Shown here piece by piece: positions 1-13,592 of a DNA stretch of 64,000 nt. Numbering within the stretch: the stretch's first letter is position 1; every line of letters starts with the position of its first letter. The position numbers were made by a program, and so were the translations under genes. Source of the stretch: Sphaerodactylus townsendi (taxonomy: Eukaryota); assembly GCF_021028975.2 (NCBI RefSeq), contig NC_059439.1:22010001-22074000 (forward strand), in the 5' to 3' direction. The notes beneath the pieces were generated by a model that worked only from the letters and a program-made list of their open reading frames with translations, had not been told where the DNA came from and did not search any database.

Positions 1-453
1 CAGGTGTACACACTGGCCTGATGTCCCGTTTGTCTTTTTGTCAGGACAATGTCATCCATCACTCTTTCTGTGACGTTCCACCTCTCTTGCAGCTTTCTTG
101 CTCCAACACTCAAATCAATCAGATTGTTGTCTTTGCGGTGGGTGGAAATGTGGTCATTGGTTCCTTTGTATTGTTGACGCTAGTGTCTTATGTCTATATA
201 GTGGCATCCATCCTCAGGATCATTACACAGGATGCGCCTCAAAGCCTTCTCCACCTGTGCTTCTCACCTGACTGTTGTCAACATATTTTATGTCCTGCCA
301 TCTTTACCTACTTTCTCCAGCTCTCCTTCCTCTTCTAAAAGAGAATCAGGCCCTTTCTGTATGTATGGGATCATTGCACCTATGTTTAATCCAATAGTAT
401 ACAGCTTGAGGAACAGGATGTTGCTAAATGCCCTTCAAAAAAGTAATAGGTAA
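1..453 (+). pseudogene. Olfactory receptor, 3' part only (5' end outside window), frameshifted
   Basis: SFC..NVIHHSFCDVPPLLQLSC and VSYVYIVASILRI in one frame; KAFSTCASHLTVV and PMFNPIVYSLRN in another; small deletions around 225-350. Confidence 0.85.
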
Positions 454-879
454 GGTGAGATAGAACTGATGTGTTTTCAGAGCTCAAATGACCATGTTTT
501 CAAGAAACTTTGACATTCTGAAACTGATTGACACTGATTGACACTAAAGATCAGTATTGAAGATGAATCATGGCTTTCATGGGTCCCCTCTGAGGAAAAT
601 CTGAACTTAGTATAGGCAATGAAGAGCTCAAGCTTGCCCAACCTTTTGCTAAGCCAAGAGTATTTTCTTGCTAATTTCCCTTTCTGAAAGGGACAGACTC
701 CCACCATTTTGGGTAACAATATATGCATATATAGAGATGGCTATAGGGATTGATCAAAATACCCCTTCAGGACAGATGAGTGGAAAGACATCTTTTGATC
801 ATATGCCATTGTACAGCTCTAATCTATAGTAAAATAAACAGTTTATATTGGGTGTCCTTTAGTGTTATTAAGAATGTTC

Positions 880-1517
880 TTCCTAAAGCCTCCTATTTTC
901 ATTGGCCTGGCCATATTCCAAGGAGCTTGGGATGAGAAACTGAAACTTCGTGCAAAATGCAGCAGCCAGGCTCCTTTCGAGGGAGCCAACATCTAGGGAC
1001 GGATGCGCCCGGTCCTATACCAACTACACTGGCTGCCAATTCAGTACGGGTCATGTTTAAAGTTTTGGTACTGACAGCAAAAGCCATTTGAGGCCTTGGC
1101 CCTGTATCTGAGGACTATCTCCCTATATAGCCCCTCTAGGCCTCTCTGCTCATGAGAGCAGACCTACTGGTGATCCCTGGCCCCAGATCCGGCTGGCCTC
1201 TACAAGGCCAGGGCTTTTCTGACTCTGGCCTCTACCTGGTGGAACAGGCCAGTGAGATCAAGGCCCTCTTGGGACACAGAGTTTCCGAGGGCCTGTAAAA
1301 TGGACCTGTTCCGCCAGGCATTTGGCCAGCGGGATTATTTCAACCATATAAGAACAGCTGGCAGCCTCCTTGGGTACACAAAGGTTGAAGCCATCTGCAA
1401 GTTTGAGTATTTTATGTATTATTATTATATGTTTTAAATTGCTTTATGACTGATGGACACCGCCCTGAGCCTTTATTGCAGGGCGGTGGTATATAAATAA
1501 ATAAATAAAATAAATAA
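880..1517 (+). mobile_element. Degenerate L2-clade LINE 3' fragment
   Basis: Homologous to the minus-strand L2 at 33780-35160 (QNAAARLL and LHWLP-like coding remnants); ends in ccgccctgagcc...gggcgg stem-loop and (TAAA)n tail. Confidence 0.75.
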
Positions 1518-1649
1518 CTAGTCCTTTCCTCCTTTCCCCATCTTGGCAATCCTGTAGAATTAGGAGTAGGGTGAAGGATATATGATTGCTTCAAGATTAC
1601 ACAGTGCATATTACGGCCAAATTGGAAGTGACGTTAGGTGTGTGCAGCA

Positions 1650-2445
1650 AAACACTGTTTTTTCTAGCAGATTTAATAGTAGTCTGGTCATGGATCTGTA
1701 GAAACCTGCTGCAGTTTTATTGCCATATCTCAAAAAACAGCTCCCCATCAATGAGTCTCTGCAAAGAAGACTTTCCATAGGCTTCAATGGAGGCATTTTT
1801 CCTCTACACTGAAATCTATGGGAAATCCTGGAAAGTGGGGAGCCAAAATGTTCAGCTTTTTTCACATTTGCCTTGTTCAGATCCAGTCAAATGCAGTTAA
1901 GTAGAGGAGGTTAGGAGCTTCGTGTATCTAATCTGGAGGAACTGGGTTTGATTCTCCGCTCTGCCGCCTGAGCTGTGGAGGCTTATCTGGGGAATTCAGA
2001 TTAGCCTGGGCACTCCACACACACCAACTGGGTGACCTTGGGCTAGTCACAGCTCTTCGGAGCTCTCAGCCCCACCCACCTCTGGGGTGTTTGTTGTGAG
2101 GGGGAAGGGCAAGGAGACTGTAAAAGCCCTTTGGAGTCTCCACCACAGGAGGGGGATATAAATCCAAAACTCTTCTTCTCTTCTAAGCACAATAGAACCA
2201 TGAAACAACACTGGCTTTTCCACCAGATTTAATATTAGTCTGGTCATGGATTTGTGGGGAAACTGCTGCAGTTTTTTATTGCCGCGTCTTTTAAAGCAGC
2301 TCCCAGTCAAAAGAGATTTGCAAAGATTTTTTCCATAGGCTTTAATGGAGGCATTTTTCCCTCAATTGAAACCTATGGGAAATCCTGAAAGTGAAAAGCC
2401 CAAAATGTTCAGTTTTCACATTTGGCTTGTTCAGATCCAGTCTAA
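1650..2445. repeat. Diverged ~240-bp direct repeat (1650-1890 and 2205-2445) separated by a SINE
   Basis: Both run agatttaata.tagtctggtcatggat ... ctatgggaaatcctg ... cttgttcagatccagtc. Confidence 0.8.
1893..2185 (+). mobile_element. tRNA-derived SINE
   Basis: B-box GGTTTGATTC, core gggtgaccttgggctagtcacag, (TCT)n-like tail; same family at 9390, 32746 and 41333. Confidence 0.85.
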
Positions 2446-3046
2446 CGAGCCTTTTTTTTCTGTTTGACATATCCACATGCATGCCCTGCTGACATCTGTG
2501 ACTACCATGCTTCTTGTTCATATCCACAGTTATTTATTTATTTATTTATTTATTCCACTTTTATACCGCCCTCCCCAAAGGGCTCAGGTGACCTTGGGCT
2601 GAGTCACAGTTAGACAACTGCTAGAGTTAGACAACTGCTAGAGAATGAGCCCAATATTTTTTTATTCAATAAATGTTGGGTTTGGGTTTAAACCCTGGAC
2701 ATTTTCAACTAAAGCCAAATAATGCTTATTTGGTTTTATTTCACTTTACTGAAATTTTTTTTTGGCGGGGGATCAAAACCTGAATCTGAATATTATGAAA
2801 TTAAAAGATTGTGCTCTCCTCACTGTCATTTCCAATATCCACGTGGACCTGGTAAATTGAGTGGGGAAGCTTCAACAATGCTAGACTCACACAAATCCAC
2901 TCTTTAAGGCAGCCCCTGTGAGAGATGAAACTTTTACCCACCTACCATGCCCCCAGAGGCCATATGATTCCATGCATATTTGCTTGATCAAAGAGTCCCA
3001 CCTCTTTCCCCTCAATATCATAAAACATGGTTGTATCCAACTCCAA

Positions 3047-3568
3047 GGCCCTTTCCGCACACCCACGAGCAGACCTCCACTGGCATATAAATTATAAATT
3101 ATGCCGGTGGAGGCTTAATGTGAGCAGCTAATTTCCTCCCCAGCAGGAGAGAGGTGCTCTGCATGGAGCCATCTCTCCTTTGGTCCCCTCCCTCATCTCT
3201 TCTGGCAGCATGGCTCCTGGAGGGCTGGAGGGGCGTGCCCATGCTAGCCTCCCACCTCCAGGGGTCAGAGGGCAGAGTGGGCATGTCTCTCAAGCCTCCA
3301 GAGCAACGCTGCCAGAAGAGGTGAGTGGAGGGATAGAGAAAAACAGCGCCTTCTTGCCAGTGCTGTTCACACCGTGCCATTGGGGAAGACACTGCTTTGC
3401 AAAAACCTCGCTCCCTTTGATTTGGGGTTTGAAAGCAGGCGCCTTCAAGACTGCTGGGGAAGGAGGATAGGCGCTGCTGTGATGCAGCAGTGCCAGCTGT
3501 GCAACTCCTCCCCAGGGATGCAGTTTAGCATCCCTGGGGTGCTGTTATTTTCCCATGCAGAAACAGCC
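3047..3568. mobile_element. PIF/Harbinger-type non-autonomous element
   Basis: Imperfect TIRs GGCCCTTTCCGCAC / ATGCAGAAACAGCC with 3-bp TSD CAA. Confidence 0.65.
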
Positions 3569-3907
3569 CAAGTTATGATTTGCCATGGCTGCAGAGTTTC
3601 TTGTTCAGCCATGTAAGTTCCTTATTCAGATGTGTAAGGGCAACTATAAGGTTATTTTGCTATCAGTACGTTTCCTAAGTTAATCTCTGTCTGTTCACTA
3701 AGAGCGAATTACTTTTTGGTAATTTGATGTTAGGCACATGACATGATAGTAAACATACCATGAAATGCCATTCATAGATCATATGTGTTTCTGATACTTT
3801 CTTCTGTAGTCGTTACATGCGTTTAAATTAGAGTTGTGGATGGTAGAGTAAAAAGAGCATACCACCATTTTTCATATTGAAGTTTGGTGTTGGAAGGGAA
3901 TGTTATG

Positions 3908-4157
3908 NNNNNNNNNNNNNNNNNNNNNNNNNNNNNNNNNNNNNNNNNNNNNNNNNNNNNNNNNNNNNNNNNNNNNNNNNNNNNNNNNNNNNNNNNNNNN
4001 NNNNNNNNNNNNNNNNNNNNNNNNNNNNNNNNNNNNNNNNNNNNNNNNNNNNNNNNNNNNNNNNNNNNNNNNNNNNNNNNNNNNNNNNNNNNNNNNNNNN
4101 NNNNNNNNNNNNNNNNNNNNNNNNNNNNNNNNNNNNNNNNNNNNNNNNNNNNNNNNN
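3908..4157. other. Assembly gap
   Basis: Run of N. Confidence 1.
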
Positions 4158-4159
4158 CA

Positions 4160-4395
4160 AGCTTGAACTAATCCTAGGAGCTAAAATGACTAAACTGAGG
4201 CTATAGCACTTTGATCACACTATGAGAAGACATCACTGGAAAAGACAATAATATCCCAAAAGCGTAAGGCATCAGGTAAAGAGGAAGACCAAACATGAGA
4301 TGGATTGACTTTACAAAGGTAACCATGGAGTTGAGTTTGCAAGACCTGAGCAAGGCAATGAAATATTTTGAAGGATTTTAATTCCTAAGGTCACT
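4160..4395 (+). mobile_element. RTE-clade (BovB-like) LINE 3' fragment
   Basis: Decayed AKMTKLRL..FGH.MRR..SLEKTI..GRPNMRWID coding remnant; second copy at ~5655-5830. Confidence 0.7.
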
Positions 4396-5875
4396 ATTTA
4401 TTTCTTCATTATTTTATTAAATTTACTTTTTCCAAGCTAAAGGCTGGGCTCAGGGCAGCTAACACACATGATTAAGCCACAAACAAATCAATATCAATTT
4501 CTAATTCAGCAATCATAAGCAATAACAAACATTAAAACACTAACACCAATTTGTATCAATGATGGCCACTGACAAATTGAAGTGGTTGCTAGGATACCAT
4601 AAAGGGCCCTAATAATGCTTAAAAAGCATTTGAATCCTCACCCTATTGGAACATAATTTATAACCATTTGTGCGGGAGGAGGGGGGTCAGATCGGGAGGC
4701 CAGCAAGTTGGAAAGGCAACCATGGCTGCCTCAACCAAAGATCCCCGGGAACATCTCCATTTCAGAGGCCCTGCGGAGCCAAGTCTCATTGCAGTGGTTC
4801 CCTCAACTGTTTTTGCTTCTCTCACAAGAGACTATGTTTATGGTTTGAGTGCATTTGTAACATTCCTCAAAAGGACTCATTCGAACAATTCCGCTGAGAA
4901 ATAATGTAAACTATACATAGCTACATCATTTCAGCAGCAGCTTGCTATAGAGTAAGTTGTCATCAAAAAGACATAAGACATAAAAGAGCTCTGCAAATGA
5001 AAGGGAATTTCATTCTTGACTTCAGAATTGCAGCTTGAAAATATCAGTGGGATGAACAAGGTTGGTCTTTGCGTCTTGCAAACTAGGGGAATATGTGTCT
5101 ATGATATTTCCCAACATGAGGGAAAAGTTACAAGGATAGAAGCAGAGCCGTTCTTTAAATGTGGGTTCACTGTGAAGAGATCCATTTTCAAAACGTGAGG
5201 ATATTCTTTATAGATTGTGTGCTAACTTCTCCCTATATCGCCAAGGTAGCATTTTGCTCACCAAGGTTCCTACCCCTTAGGTGAGGAAGGGGCTAGTTGC
5301 AAAGAAGAAAGAGGATACCACACATCTGTAATGAAAAGTGAAAGCATCCAAGGTGATAAGGGTTGAAAGAACTTTTCAGTCTAGGAAAAAAAACACAGCT
5401 AAGGGGAGATATATTAGAAGTTTATAAAAGAATTATGTTTAGGATCGAGAATATAAATGTATTATTGTATAACTGATTTATGGTGACCCTGGAAGGGTTT
5501 TCAAAGGGAAAGAGACATTTGCCATTGCCCAGGTGTGGTTTTGAGCAATTCTGAGAGGACTGTGACTGGCCCAAAGCTACCTTGAAGACTTTTGGGAGGG
5601 AGTGGGCATATGAACATAGTTCACCAAATTAGAATTTGTTCACCAAATTAGAAGTTGTGTGGTTTGGTCACATTATGAGAAGACAACAGTCACTGGCAAT
5701 AATGCTAGGAATAATGCTAGGAAAGCTTGAAGGCAGCAAGAGGGAAGTCCCAAATGGAGACATATTGACTTTATTCAGGAATCCACTGCCCTAATTCTGC
5801 AAGGCTGTTCATTATAAGATGTTTTCCCTAAGTCATCCTGGTCTTTCCTTTGCAGAGTCATAATTCACTGGCAAA

Positions 5876-6824
5876 ATGGAAGAAAGAAAGAACCAAACAC
5901 ATCTGAAAAGAGTTCATTCTCTTGGGTCTGTCTGATGATCCTCATATCCAACGGTCCTCTTCGCTACAGGGCTGTTGATATACATGTTCACATTAGCAGG
6001 GGAATCTGAGTCATTATTATTTTAATACAGATTGACCAGCATCTCCACACCCCAATGTATTTCTTGCTGAGCAATTTGTCCTTTACTGAGATCTGCTACA
6101 TCACCTCCACCATACCAAAGATGTTGTGGGACCTCCTGTCAGGGGACAAGACCATCTCACTCCCTGGCTGTGCAGTCCAAATGTATTGCTTTCTAACCAC
6201 AGCGGCTACGGAAGGTGTTCTACTTTCAGTCATGGCATATGATCGTTATGCTGCCATCTGCCACCCACTGCATTACATGCTACTTCCATGAGTCAATCCA
6301 TGCTCAGATGGCTTGTAGGAGCTTCGTGGGCCATTGGAAATATTAATGGTGTTGTCAACACAGCCTTTATTTTTTCTCTGAATTTCTGTGGTCCCAATAA
6401 GATAGTGCACTTCTTCTGTGATATCCCACCTGTCTTGCATCTCTCTTGTTCTGACACTTCATTTACTGAACTAGTGTCTTTTATTGTCTCTGGAAGCATC
6501 CTTATAGCAACTGTCTCCTTAATTGTCCTCTCCTATGTACTTATTGTCTTATCCATGCTCAAAATCAGCACGGCTCAGGGCAGGATCAAGACATTCTCCA
6601 CGTGTGCCTCCCACCTTACTGTGGTGAGTATCTTCTACAGCACAGGCATCTTTACTTATATGAGGCCTTCCTCCCGTCACTCCATGGAAGAGGACCGTGT
6701 GATCTCTGTGTTATACACCATCATCACTCCTTTGTTAAACCCTCTCATCTACAGCCTCAAAAACAAAGAAATCCAGGTAGCACTATGGAATGTTCTTGGA
6801 AAAAAACAACATTGTCAGCTATGA
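5876..6824 (+). pseudogene. Olfactory receptor with several single-base frameshifts (possible sequencing error)
   Basis: [67 protein letters not shown]; splice acceptor ctttcctttgcag just upstream; indels near 5910, 5955, 6000-6012 and 6286; no nonsense codon in the reconstructed frame. Confidence 0.9.
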
Positions 6825-7074
6825 ATGCACATAATGGATTGTTGTAGGCAAGCATGGCTTTATACTATGGCAGGTTACAAGAATCAATTCATGATGAAGA
6901 CTTGTAATTTATTATTTAGTTTATGCATTCACCAGAGCAACTATAGTATTTAATATCCTTTTCCTTCTGCACCACCCCCATTTCCTTGGCTGAAAACTGA
7001 GGATATTGTTATTATTTAATTTAAAAATATTGTATTATAATAAAATCAAACATAGAATAATCCTGTAAACCTCT

Positions 7075-7593
7075 GGCCGTTTCTGCACGAATGCGGAAGC
7101 GGCCGGGTCGGCGTACTTAACGCCGACCCGACGATGCTAGGACAGTCCGCACGGACGGTCCTGGAAAGAGCCGGGCAGCCGGGACCACGCGAAAGTGCGG
7201 CCCGGCTATTGTATGTCAGCCTCCGGTAGCGTCAGCCGAGGCCTGGGGAACATGCCCTGGCCCTCTTGGCGCCTGCTCCAGTGGCACAGGGCGAAATCTG
7301 TCCCCAGGCCTGGCGATCGAAGGAGGCCCGGGACAAGGTAAGTGCCAGGTGCAAGGAGGGTGGGGAGCGTCTCGAAGCCGCTGCCGCCTCTCGCTTGGCA
7401 GCGGCGGCTTCAGACGCGCTTTCCCCAACAGAGGCAGCTTCAAAGCTTCTGGGGAAACGCCGGCTTCGCGGCGGGAGGGCGGCGGGAGGGCGGCGCGGCT
7501 GCGATGCAGCTGCGCCCTCTGTGCGAATGGCGGCCTGGGGGCGGCGTTTTTGCCGTCCCCAGGCTGCCATATTCTGCCCGTGCGGAAACGGCC
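7075..7593. mobile_element. GC/CpG-rich PIF/Harbinger-type MITE (~500-bp family)
   Basis: TIRs GGCCGTTTCTGCACG / CGTGCGGAAACGGCC; homologous to copies at 10111, 45420 and 52405. Confidence 0.85.
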
Positions 7594-8932
7594 TTAGATA
7601 TATCTGCTATTCGTCCAGTTTTCCAGCTTTGTTACATTCTAGTTCAATTTTGTAAACTTCTGATAATTAATATAAAATTCAAAATTTTTTATCTATATTG
7701 TGCTTTATGTCTTTAGTTGCCCAGATAAGATTATTCCATTTATTGTTCAAGGATTTATATAATCCAAGAAAACTTTCCATCTTCTCTCTGACTCTGTGGA
7801 GTGTCTGCTATGTACCAAAGATGTTTGTTTTATCATTGTTAAATATTCGGTGAGCTTACTCATTCCTTCCATGAGATCTGGGTAATGTTCAGCTTTCCAC
7901 CTTATTGTAAATACAATTTTTGTTTCTATTATCATATATTTAAACAATTAGTCGCATACTTTTGGTATATTGTGGGCACAATACTTAATAATATGCATTT
8001 AAGATCTAGCCCAAAGTTTATTTTCAATGTCTTCTGCAGCTCACCATGGATGATAGTCCAATATTTTATTGCCGTTTGGCATGATAAAAAGTGGCATCAG
8101 TGTTTTGACATTTCCAAAACTGAGGATATTATTGAACATTTAAATGGGGAGGGAAAGAAAAGGAGAGGAACACATGAATCATTCTGATGGTGAAGAATTA
8201 TTACTCTTAATCATCTATTATAATTGTCAAGCCCATCAGTTATTGAAACCCTGTTCACAGATTATCCTGAATTTATGTACAATCCATGTCCATAGGATAC
8301 TTGATTGTTCTTTGTATGTGCATTGAGTAATTCTCATGTTACAGTCAGAGTGCATATAGCTGAAAATTCAGGTATTGGCCGCCATTTTCATTCATGCCAC
8401 ACATGGCAGCTCTTTCCTACAAACAAATACTGATTTACAATAATTACACCCCCAATACAGCACTTTGCTCAATGGATAAGAACTTGGTGGTGGTTCCTGG
8501 CCCAAAAGATTAGGAGCCAGAGTGGAGATGCCCAAACACAACTAGCCTGTTGTCTAATGAGTTACGGCCCGATACTAAAAAGAAATGAATAGTTCATAAT
8601 GCTAATCAGCCACTCAATAACATTGTAGATTAACTCACAAATACCTGTGTTTTGTGTCTTTATTTTGGGATGTGTGCTGGTATGAATGGGAAATTCTGCA
8701 TTTGTACTATGCTGTAGTGAGCCCCTGCTAAGGGTGGTGGGAAAAAAGAAATGGAAAGGGACTCTGTTTACTGTGTACAGGATGGGACTACACAGCTGGA
8801 GTTGGAACAGGGTTACCAACCTCCAGATGAGATCTGGACATCTTCCTGAATTTTAACTGGTTTCCAGGTTGCACAGATCAGTTCCCTGGAGAAAATGGCA
8901 GATTCAGAGGGCAGAGTCTATGGCATTAAAGC

Positions 8933-9324
8933 CAGAGGTGGGATCCAGCAGGTTCTCACAGGTTCCTGAGAGTAGGTTACTAATTATTTGTGTGTGCCGA
9001 GAGGGGGTTACTAATTGGTGATTTTGCCACATGTTTTTTGCCTTACTTACACCCCTCCTCTCAGCAGTAGCGCACAGAACTTGAAGCAATCTAGCAGGAG
9101 GTGCACCGGTGTGCATGGCAGCCTGCGCCTGCGTGCATTCATTTCCCGCCCAAGGACCGGCACAGTGGCTGTGTCCTTGCCACAGCCCCAGCCAGGAATG
9201 CCGCACCCCCGGAATGCCCAGCCACGCCCCCGCCGTGCCCTGCCCAGCCCCATTGGCACTACACCACAATTTGAATCCCACCACCATGGGAACCTGTTAC
9301 TAATTTTTTTGGATTCCACCACTG
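8933..9324. mobile_element. hAT-type MITE nested in an older element (~8808-9390)
   Basis: TIRs CAGAGGTGGGATCC / GGATTCCACCACTG, perfect 8-bp TSD ATTAAAGC. Confidence 0.85.
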
Positions 9325-9389
9325 ATTAAAGCTCCTTCTCTCCCAAACTCCCAGCCACCCACCACATAAAATTTCCCAAGCCGGAACTA

Positions 9390-9702
9390 GAAGAAGAAAA
9401 AAAGTAGGAGTAGGAGTTTGGATTTATACCTCATTTTTCTCTCCTGTGAGGAGAGTCAAGGTGGCTTACAAGCTCCTTTCCCTTCCTTTCCCCACAAGAG
9501 ACACGTTGTGAGGTAGGCGGGGCTGAGAGAGCTCTGAGAGAACTGTGACTAGGCAGAGGTCACCCAGCAGGAATGTAGGAGTGCAGAAACACATCTGGTT
9601 CATCAGATAAGCCTCTGCCACTCAGGTGGAGGAGTGGGGAATCAAACTTGGTTCTCCAGATTAGAATCCACCTGCCCTTAACCACTGCACCATGTTGCCT
9701 CT
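9390..9702 (-). mobile_element. tRNA-derived SINE
   Basis: Reverse complement of the SINE family at 1893; B-box-like gggaatcaaac on + strand; (GAA)n-like tail end. Confidence 0.8.
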
Positions 9703-10110
9703 CACCTAGACACCTCATATAGGAGAATGAATTGATGTTAAACTGTATAGGTAAGTGCCGACAAAAAAGAAGTATATTACCAACTGAGTTGACACTTTTC
9801 AAAATAACATTTTATAGATCTTTCTAACCAAGTATCTAAATTTAGATGGTGGAAATAACTCCCAATTATTTGAATTGCAAATCATTTTAAATTTCACAAT
9901 CCTTGAAGGAAAACTGAACCATGACCACTAAAGGGCACTAGAGTATATTATAATCCTTTTCACAAGGGCCGTGTTCTCCTCTCTGACTCTTTACAATGTC
10001 AACCTTTCAAAGTTGATCCTTGCATAAATTAAAATTTAATGCATTCCTGTGTTACATGTCCTTTAGTAACAAGACTCATTGCTCCTTCCATATTTGAAAT
10101 GCAGAACTGA

Positions 10111-10618
10111 GGCCAAGAGGCAGAATATGGCGCCCTGGGGATGGCAAAAATGCCGTCCCCAGGGGCCGATCACACAGAGAGCAGCTGCCCAGCTGCAGCC
10201 TCAGCGCCGCTTAACTGGTGGCGAGCCGTCGTTTCCCAACCTTGCTTGGCAAGCAAGGTTTATGGGAAACGGCAGCTTGGAGCCGCTGCCATGCGAACGG
10301 CAGCGGCTTCCAAGCGCCTTTCCTCCCCCCACGACCGGGCAACTTACCTGTCCTGCAGCCCTCCGGCGCATCGCCGAGGCCTGGGGACACCCCCCTCTGC
10401 CCTGCGACTCTGGAGTGGTTGTGCAGGGCAGGGGGGCGTGTCCCCCTGGCCTCAGCGATGTGCCGGAGGGCCACAGGACCGGTAAGTTGTTCTGATGGCG
10501 CAGCTTTGTGCCGTCGTCTCAGCTGATTCTGGGACCGTTCATGCGAACAGTCCCAGAGGGGTCGGGTCGGCATGGACTACGCCGACCTGACCCCTTCCGC
10601 CTTCGTGCGGAAGCGGCC
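10111..10618. mobile_element. GC-rich Harbinger-type MITE, left TIR damaged
   Basis: Right TIR CGTGCGGAAGCGGCC; body homologous to 7075-7593. Confidence 0.8.
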
Positions 10619-11911
10619 GCAGTGTTGCTCAAGGTCATAGGATGAGCCCCCTTCCCAGCAGAGGTGAGGTCTGAAACCAGATCAGAAGGCCACCACCTTA
10701 TCCACTTCATGCAACGTTAAGTGCATTTGCTTATTTTTAGGAGAGATGAAAAAACACATCTATGATTCATGAGTCTCAAGTGGGATCTCCCTATAGAGCC
10801 TTGAAACAAATTCTCTTACCTACTTAATTGGAATGGATTTTCTAAGGTAAATGAATATACTAATTACTATAATACAAAAGAGATGAAGACTCTATCACAT
10901 GTTTCATAAGCATCATCTTGGGTAATATACCTTAAAATAAGCATCCCTCTAGCATAGCCAAGGCAGAGACTATTTTTTGTATGGACATGATCTTGGAGAA
11001 TGCATCTGTAAGTCTCCGAAATCCATGGTGGGTACAACATGAGAAGAAAATTATGTCCATTTCAGTGATTCAAAGCAAGCGACTTGAGAACTGCACCTTC
11101 TGCCTTTGAATGGAAACTCACCAGGAAAAGGAAAATAGTAAGTAAGACTGAAAATTACTACCACAAACAATAACTTGGATCCAGTGGAAACCTAAACAAA
11201 TCGTAGCATAGTTTACTTGTACAAATTCATATTCAAAACATAAGGCCTTCCTTGTTTATAGGCTCCAGAAATTAATTATATAAGACACTACATAAGCAGA
11301 GATGCAAAAGGCTACATGACTTCTACTACAAGCAGCAATTTTGTGCTGATCCAAACTAAAGTCTTCACAGTGTAGAGGAAAAGAAGGTTAAAAGGGAGAA
11401 AGGACAAAAGGTTTACAAACAGAATTTTTTTTTAAAAAAAAAATCTTATTTCACAATCTCAGTATTTTAATAGCACCCAGATCTTCTCACTATCAAGCCA
11501 ATGAATAATAATAATAATATCAAAAAGTGAAAACAGTATCACAGCAGCAATGGTGAAGGGAAAAACACATAAAATGAATTGTTGCAGAAATGCAGAAATA
11601 TGTGGCATATTTATGAGAAAAAAACTGAAGCTAAGAAGGATACAATACATATAATGTAATATTTCTATTTTAGAGCGAAATATACAGGCACATTTTTGAA
11701 GTACTGATAATAATCAAAGGAGGTTAATTGTTTTGCTTAAAGATCAATTCTTCATTACATAATATTGATCCTGCATTGCTGCTAGAAGAAGGTCTTTGTT
11801 CACAGATGGAATCTTTTGCTGGGACTACTCTGTTTTCCATCGGCAAGATGCAAACTTTTGATCCAGCCAAGTAAAAAGAAGATTATTACAGTAATCCTGG
11901 TATATGGCTAA

Positions 11912-12052
11912 GGCTCATTCTGCACATGCAGAATAATACACTTTCAAACTGCTTTCAGTGCTCTTTGAAGCTGTGCGGAATAGCAAAATCCACTTGCAAA
12001 CAGTTGTGAAAGTGGTTTGAAAACACATTATTTTGCGTGTGCGGAAGGGGCC
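11912..12052. mobile_element. 141-bp Harbinger-type MITE
   Basis: TIRs GGCTCATTCTGCACA / TGTGCGGAAGGGGCC; near-identical or related copies at 38235, 40090, 40375, 43552, 49420, 55806, partial at ~19920. Confidence 0.85.
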
Positions 12053-12634
12053 ATAGTTACGTATTTAAGTGTCCTGGGAATGGCAAATCTGCTGGCGTAG
12101 ACCTGTACCACCTCCAACACCGGATTCATCCCCTGCCTTTGGATGGGCCATTAAATACAAACATGGCTCCTTATTCCAACCGGTCTCCTAACTGAATTTC
12201 ATAACGGTTTTAGCCATGGCATTAACACTGGAGTTTACTATCTGGCAACAGACCTAATACCAGAAATGATGTGATTATACCTGAAAAGAAAATAAGGTCA
12301 AATTGGTTTCTTGTTTTGCTTTATCCATGGCATCCCAAAATTTGTGTGTATGTATGTGTGAGTGTGTGGGTGTGTGTGTGAGAGAGAGGGATCATAGCTT
12401 TTTTGTGAGTCTGAAAGGGACACACTGAAGGAGGCCCTTGCCACCAGAAACTTTATTCAGTAAGTATGTAGTATGGATGTGTTTGACAGAAAGGGACATT
12501 GTATCCTGCTTCTTGATTTGTTTAAAAATCGTGTTTTGATTCTTTTTTTATGCTTCAGGTTCACAGTAATTTGAGATTTTGCAGAGGGAGCAAGTATCGG
12601 CAGGGTGAGTTAAAGAATATTTTTTTTCCAATTC

Positions 12635-13592
12635 ATGACTGACATGAGTGTGAGAAACCTTTCTCAACCTGTCATCACTGAAGTTATTCTCCTTGGCTTC
12701 TCGCATCTCCACCAGCTTCAGATACCACTCTTCCTCCTATTCCTTACCATGTATGCCCTGACTTTGCTTGGCAATGGATTGGTCATTCTTCTGATTGAGA
12801 TGGATCACCGCCTCCAAACCCCCATGTACTACTTTCTCAAGAACCTCTCCTGGCTAGAGATCATCATCACAACAACTGTCACGCCCAAGATGCTCAGCCT
12901 ACTCATCTTACCAGACGACACCATTTCTTTTTTTGCCTGTGCTCTGCAAGGATACCTCTATTTTGTGGCGGGTTCTTCTGAAGTTCTCTTGTTAGCCGCT
13001 ATGTCAGTAGATCGCTATGTGGCCATCTGTAACCCGCTGAGATACATCTTTATCATGAGAACCCGGGTCTGCCAGCTGATGGTACTGTCTTGTTGGTTGT
13101 GCAGTTTCTTTTCTATAACAATATCTATGGTGCTGAAGGCTAGGCTGCCTTTCTGTGGCCCAAATGTTATTGATCATTTTTTCTGTGACAGTGGTCCTAT
13201 GCTGGAGATGATTTGTGCTGACATCCACTTTCTCCAAGTCTTAGGCCAGCATTCTCTGCTTTGGTCTCTCAGGCACCATTTATGTGACAGTTGTCTCCTA
13301 CGTCTGCATCATTGTCACGGTGATGAGGATTCCCTCTGCCAAAGGCCGAAAGAAAGCCTTCAGCACTTGTAGCTCTCACATCACAGTGACATCACTCTAT
13401 TATGGTAGCTCCATGTTCATCTATATCAAGCCAGGAAGAAAATCCTCTATGAATTTTAACAAGTTGGCCACAGTACTAAACACAGTGGTGACCCCTTTGC
13501 TGAACCCCATCATCTACAGCTTCAGGAATAAAGTTGTGAAGGAGGCTATGAAAGAGGCCATTGGGAAAGTGTGGGTAGGTTTTCAAAAATGA
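12635..13592 (+). pseudogene. Olfactory receptor (OR6-like), frameshifted in TM5
   Basis: LQTPMYYFLKNLS, MSVDRYVAICNPLRY, KAFSTCSSH, PLLNPIIYSFRN; net 2-nt loss between 13240 and 13280 relative to the spacing in the intact OR at 31124. Confidence 0.9.

Noticed and set aside
3877-4206. ORFs spanning N runs (also 21086-21337 and 53564-54067)
   Set aside because: Gap artefacts
7216-7716. Overlapping Ala/Arg/Pro-rich ORFs (also 10079-10573, 45283-46162, 52354-52874)
   Set aside because: They lie within GC-rich MITEs that lack stop codons by composition; no protein motifs
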